DNA of 63,849 nucleotides, counting the filler, from Aduncisulcus paluster (Eukaryota): assembly GCA_024181965.1 (NCBI GenBank). It is 8 parts of 8 records of this genome, joined end to end, with 100 filler letters (N's around TTAATTAATTAA, not from the genome) between each part and the next. Parts side by side here need not be neighbours in the genome. Positions count along the whole stretch, not along the records: positions 49,727 to 59,940 come from BQXS01011132.1; positions 60,041 to 63,849 come from BQXS01011138.1; 6 more parts are not named here. The stretch is one strand, 5' to 3'. Every line of letters begins with the position of its first letter. The stretch's first letter is position 1. A model generated the notes under the pieces. The model saw nothing but the letters and a program-made list of their open reading frames with translations, did not search any database and was not told the origin of the DNA. The position numbers and the translations under genes were made by a program. Shown here piece after piece: positions 59,562 to 63,849 of this stretch.

Positions 59562-59939
59562 TCACTCAATAACCTTCAAGAACATTGTTTTGATTTCATC
59601 AATAACTCCAAACATCTCTGCACAATGGGGAAGGAATGGTTTCCTCTCTTCGACATGTTGAATAGCATGAGACAAGGATACACGTGCACTGTTCTCCATG
59701 TGCATCAGTTCATGGTGCAACTTATCACACACGAGGACACACACAGTCTCACGAGTGTCAACTTGAACAAGGGCAACATGACTGGACAGGATCAGAGGTT
59801 TCGAAAGAATGCCGTTGGGGATGGCTTTACCAGAATCTTTAATCCCACCAACATCCACAATGGTATTATCAATCCCCCAGATAGAAGAAAAAGAAACAGA
59901 ATCAAAGTAAGTTTGACGTGGATTATGTGGTTGTGTATT
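59562..59939 (-). CDS. 3' end of a hypothetical gene (5'-partial)
   Basis: Frame open from the contig end at 59939 to the stop at 59562. Confidence 0.55.
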   Translation of the reverse strand, partial: NTQPHNPRQTYFDSVSFSSIWGIDNTIVDVGGIKDSGKAIPNGILSKPLILSSHVALVQVDTRETVCVLVCDKLHHELMHMENSARVSLSHAIQHVEERKPFLPHCAEMFGVIDEIKTMFLKVIE

Positions 59940-60040
59940 CNNNNNNNNNNNNNNNNNNNNNNNNNNNNNNNNNNNNNNNNNNNNTTAATTAATTAANNNN
60001 NNNNNNNNNNNNNNNNNNNNNNNNNNNNNNNNNNNNNNNN

Positions 60041-63000
60041 CATCCTCATTCCAGAGCTCGAAGAGAGGAGATTTGTGATAATCTAAGCGCATCTACGGGC
60101 GTTTCTAGAGTACTAGAGATTGTTCAGGAGGGAAAGAGTGTTGGGGGTGGCGTAAAGAATGCCATTGATGTGCTTCAGAGAGTTAAGGGTGGTCCATTTG
60201 ATATTCACTCACACACCTCTACGTTCCTCAGTGGATCTGTCGCATCATCAACAAACAGTAAGAACAAAAGACATCCACTCGGAGTTGCTCGTAAAGATGG
60301 AAGGCTAAATTTAGAAACTGAGAATAAGAGTGAGCACACTGATGATGCTGGAGGGGTTTCTATAACTGTAGGAAGCCAGACTGTGCTTGTTACTGAGAAA
60401 GATAGGGCTGTGGATCTGGTTCCTGATGAAGATATCATCAATGGCACAGTGTCTCAACACTCTCTCCACTATTGGGGCACATCTCCCTTTTGTTCATTAA
60501 CTGTCGCATCAGGTGGTGATGTAACACTCCAAGGACAGCGTGTTTTGTTTGAAGAGACCGTAGAAACGATGGAAAATGTTATCGAGCATGTGGCAAGTGT
60601 TGTTGAAATGGAAACTGCCCGTCGTGATGTCATGATGTCAAAGAAACGTCAGGTTGTGGCTCACATTGAGAGAGAAAAGAAGCTTCGTTCCATGCGGGAT
60701 TGTCGTCTTGCAGATGTGTCTGACTCTGAGAGTTCTGATGATGCTGATGGACTGAGTGATGAAGAGAGACATAAATTGGACGTCGAACAGGATGACGATG
60801 TTATCCAAACAATTCTTAAGATGCTATTCTTTTGTTTCCAGCAAGAAGAGGCCTCATGGTGCTCCAAGTCGAAGGCCTGCCAATCGTTTTATAATTGTTC
60901 TGCTGGATGTATTGATCATCGTAATATTTCTCAACTCGAGCAAGAGTGTGTGAGGGTGTGTGACCTTCAATCATCGTTCGGTTGTAGCCTTCAACGTAGC
61001 TATGTCCACACACATTCAATCTTGAATTCTAAAAATAGCATTTTGAGTGAGATTCTGTCTCGTGATTCTCATAGTATTAGATCTTACTTATCGGCAGATA
61101 TCGACGGACTTGAGATCTCCAAGGATGACTCCTCCTTTGTTGATGGGGAACATGAAATTGAGCTCAAATGCAATCCAGAAATTGGTGCTGGTGTATGTTC
61201 CGTCATGGATTCAATTCGTGTGTGTGAGGAATATTTACTCGAACAAGTTGTTCCTTCCCCAATTCCAGAATTAGCCATCGGTGTGACTCCAGAATTCGGA
61301 TCTATGGCTCTTCGAGCCTGTGTGAGTGATTTTGTATGGAAAGGAGCTTGTGGAACTAAAATGCCAGTCCATCGAAACGAATTATCTAAGACCTGCCATT
61401 CATGTTCTTCTTCTTCTCGTGCCAAGAGTCAATCGACTGAAGAGCTATTTTGTATTCCAGATAGCATTCCCTTTGAAATTCCTCTGTCGTTTTGTCTTGA
61501 TCATATGCCCGAGACGTCCTCTTCTGCTTCAGTGAGGGATGAGATTGAGACTCATAAAATGCGAAAGGAACGGGAAGACCGAGTTTCATCTCAAGATTCG
61601 TCGGATAAGCTGATGAACAAGGTGCAAGAAAAACAACAACAATTATCAGACTCTTCTTCATCTTCAAGCAGTCCTCAAAATCCTCGATCAAGTTCCTCTT
61701 CCTCTTCTTCTTCCACAAGTGTTGCTGCAGGTGCCGCATCAACTCCTCGAGTCCACGTTAATCAATGGGATGGATCTGAAAAAGAACTTCCGATCCACAT
61801 CTCTGTTTGGATGCATTGTCTTAACTTCATTCATGCTCAGAGCTCTTTGTTCCTTGACAATGCACTGATTCGTCAGATGTATGAGTGGCTCGAACGATTG
61901 CATTTGGTGCTTGGTTATCCTCTTGTTTCCATTGATACTTTTAATATATGTGGATTTATATATGATTTCGTGGAGGAAAAGCTTTCGAAGAGTTCAGGGT
62001 CGTATGGAAGGAAAATAACATCAACGCGAAGAGGTGACGGTGAGAAAGTTTTGCCTCTATTTTGGGATTTCTCTGAGAAACTTCTTTCGCACACTGCAAC
62101 TGGTTCTTTGTTACTCCACACACATATTCTCTCTGCCTACCTTGCTCGAGCTGTGTGTGAGTGTGTGAGTGGTTCATTACGAATTGCTTCTCTTTCTGTG
62201 AATGAATTCTATCACACTCTTGTTTCAACTCAGTCAACGAATGTCCTTTCTCACATTGATGTTACAAAGCTCCAAAAGCGCTATCAAAGATCAAATCCAA
62301 ACCTTGAAGTCATCTTGAAGGAAGCCATGGCGACTGCCCTTGCCACATTCAATATCGCTGCCGAGGGTGCATCTCCCGTTGAAATTGTCTCACGAACCAT
62401 TCACAGTTCTGTCGCTGTTCTTAGTGATAGTGCTCGAGTATTCGCTCAGAAATGTGTGTATGCTCGTGTTTGCAGAAGGCTTGGGAGGTTTGTATGCAGT
62501 GGTTCAAGTACTAAACTCACAGTAACACCTATTACACCACATACAGCACCCCTCTCAGAGCTTATGTCAGAGTTGTCAACTCTTCCTGTGTCACCGAGTG
62601 GAGAATTACTGAAACCTCTCGCAGTTCCCTCCCTGTTAGCCATTCTAAGCTACGATATTGGGGAGGATACAGAGACAATGCTTGAATTATTCCTTGAAAT
62701 CCACACAACATTGCTTAGTATTGTAGAACTCAATGCCATCAAAACCCTCTCCCTGCTTCATTTAAAAATACGACGCCATGTTCCAAATGTTAATGATATC
62801 GACTCGGAATGGCAAGATGAGCATTTACGAGAGGTTGAGCTGGATAATCAGATGAAGAGAAACCACAGAATGCTAATTCGAAGTGATGTTGAGTTTGCAA
62901 CATATGCAACTGCTAGAGCCTCGAACAAGGATGGAAGTGCCTCTACGATTGCAGGGTCCACTTCTAGATCACCCACCTTATCCATGCCAAGTTCCATTGT

Positions 63001-63849
63001 TCCCAAATTCACTGTGGGTTCATCCAATGCTTCCTTATGCATGTGGGGTGAATTGACACATGCAAGAAGCAATCCAGATCCCACCATACTTGTACCCACA
63101 CTTGATCACGAATTGTCAAAATTATTCCCGATATCTGCACACAGCAAACCAACTCTGACCACACTTTTGACCACTATTCATGATACTCTCCAGAAGGAGT
63201 GCATGAGATTCTTTGTAATTCTCCAGAACACTCACAAACACATGCTTGATCGTGGAAGCGGGGACGTCATTGTACCTTTGGCTTTGAGATTCTCACACAC
63301 TTTGTTTTTGAACAGACATAATTGTACGCACACACACTGTGTCGCAACGTGGTGTGCATAACTCCCATCTTAGTGAAGCCTCTGGTCTCGTTCGTTCATG
63401 GAGGCGAGGTCTACATGGAAAGAAAGGGGGTCTCCATATCGGTCGTTGTGTTCGAGATCGGTTACCCGTTGGTCACCCATATTCTATCTCCCGTATTTTA
63501 CCCTCTTCCTTGAGTATTGGCGTCTGTGAGAATATTTTAGGATATCACTATGATCCTTTCTGCATATTCTCTCATTTACTGGAGCATTCATTGTTGCTCC
63601 CACCTCATTGCTTGCAGGCTTTGTCATCGTGCGCAACTTTATGTGAACTCACAGACCATGTTGAGGAAAGATCAGGTCTTGAGAAACTTCAAATGTGTGT
63701 CGATTTTGAGGAGAGTACAAAGACTTGGCTAAGATGGTGGGTTCATGGTGCTCAAGAACTAGACTCCGCTGAATTGAGTTCAAGGGCGCAATCCAAAGAT
63801 CGAGCAGATGAGAGAAAGGAGAGAGATCTTGAAAGGGAAGACTTTAGTC
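60041..63849 (+). CDS. Large hypothetical protein (partial both ends) with a frame change at ~63330
   Basis: Open 60041-63361. A second frame (TVSQRGVHNSHLSEASG...) is open from the CA run to the window end. Confidence 0.7.

Noticed and set aside
9994-60040. TTAATTAATTAA palindromes flanked by Ns as a biological repeat, and gene neighbourhoods across them
   Set aside because: Artificial contig linkers; adjacency across them is meaningless.
1-63849. CRISPR array, tRNA or rRNA
   Set aside because: No regular repeat-spacer array. GGTTCGA hits (e.g. 18478) lack a cloverleaf. No rRNA-like sequence seen.

Overview
Eukaryotic, intron-poor, standard-code genomic DNA from a flagellated protist. A fornicate/Carpediemonas-like metamonad is my inference from gene style and is not proven. 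The window is a concatenation of 8 contigs joined by artificial N-TTAATTAATTAA-N linkers, with four internal 20-N gaps, three of them with duplicated flanks. Recognisable genes: Derlin, a PKA-like kinase, a divergent Ndc80, an LRR-EGF protein, DRC1, a Slo/BK-type channel C-terminus, a secretory cyclophilin, a TauE-family transporter, topoisomerase III beta, CFAP52, WDR17 and a frameshift-split unknown-domain/coiled-coil/kinase gene. The most notable signal is a ~8 kb island (~1.3-9.6 kb) of decayed ORFs, all on the minus strand. It contains a fossil Fanzor/TnpB-like RNA-guided nuclease (RuvC-I-like DSGGKKYLGTVC, CVGDGKF, RuvC-III HRDISAAINI, terminal RPxxF), a SET/post-SET fragment, an internal paralogous duplication and a multi-hairpin element. 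All family calls are by-eye motif recognition; no database searches were run.
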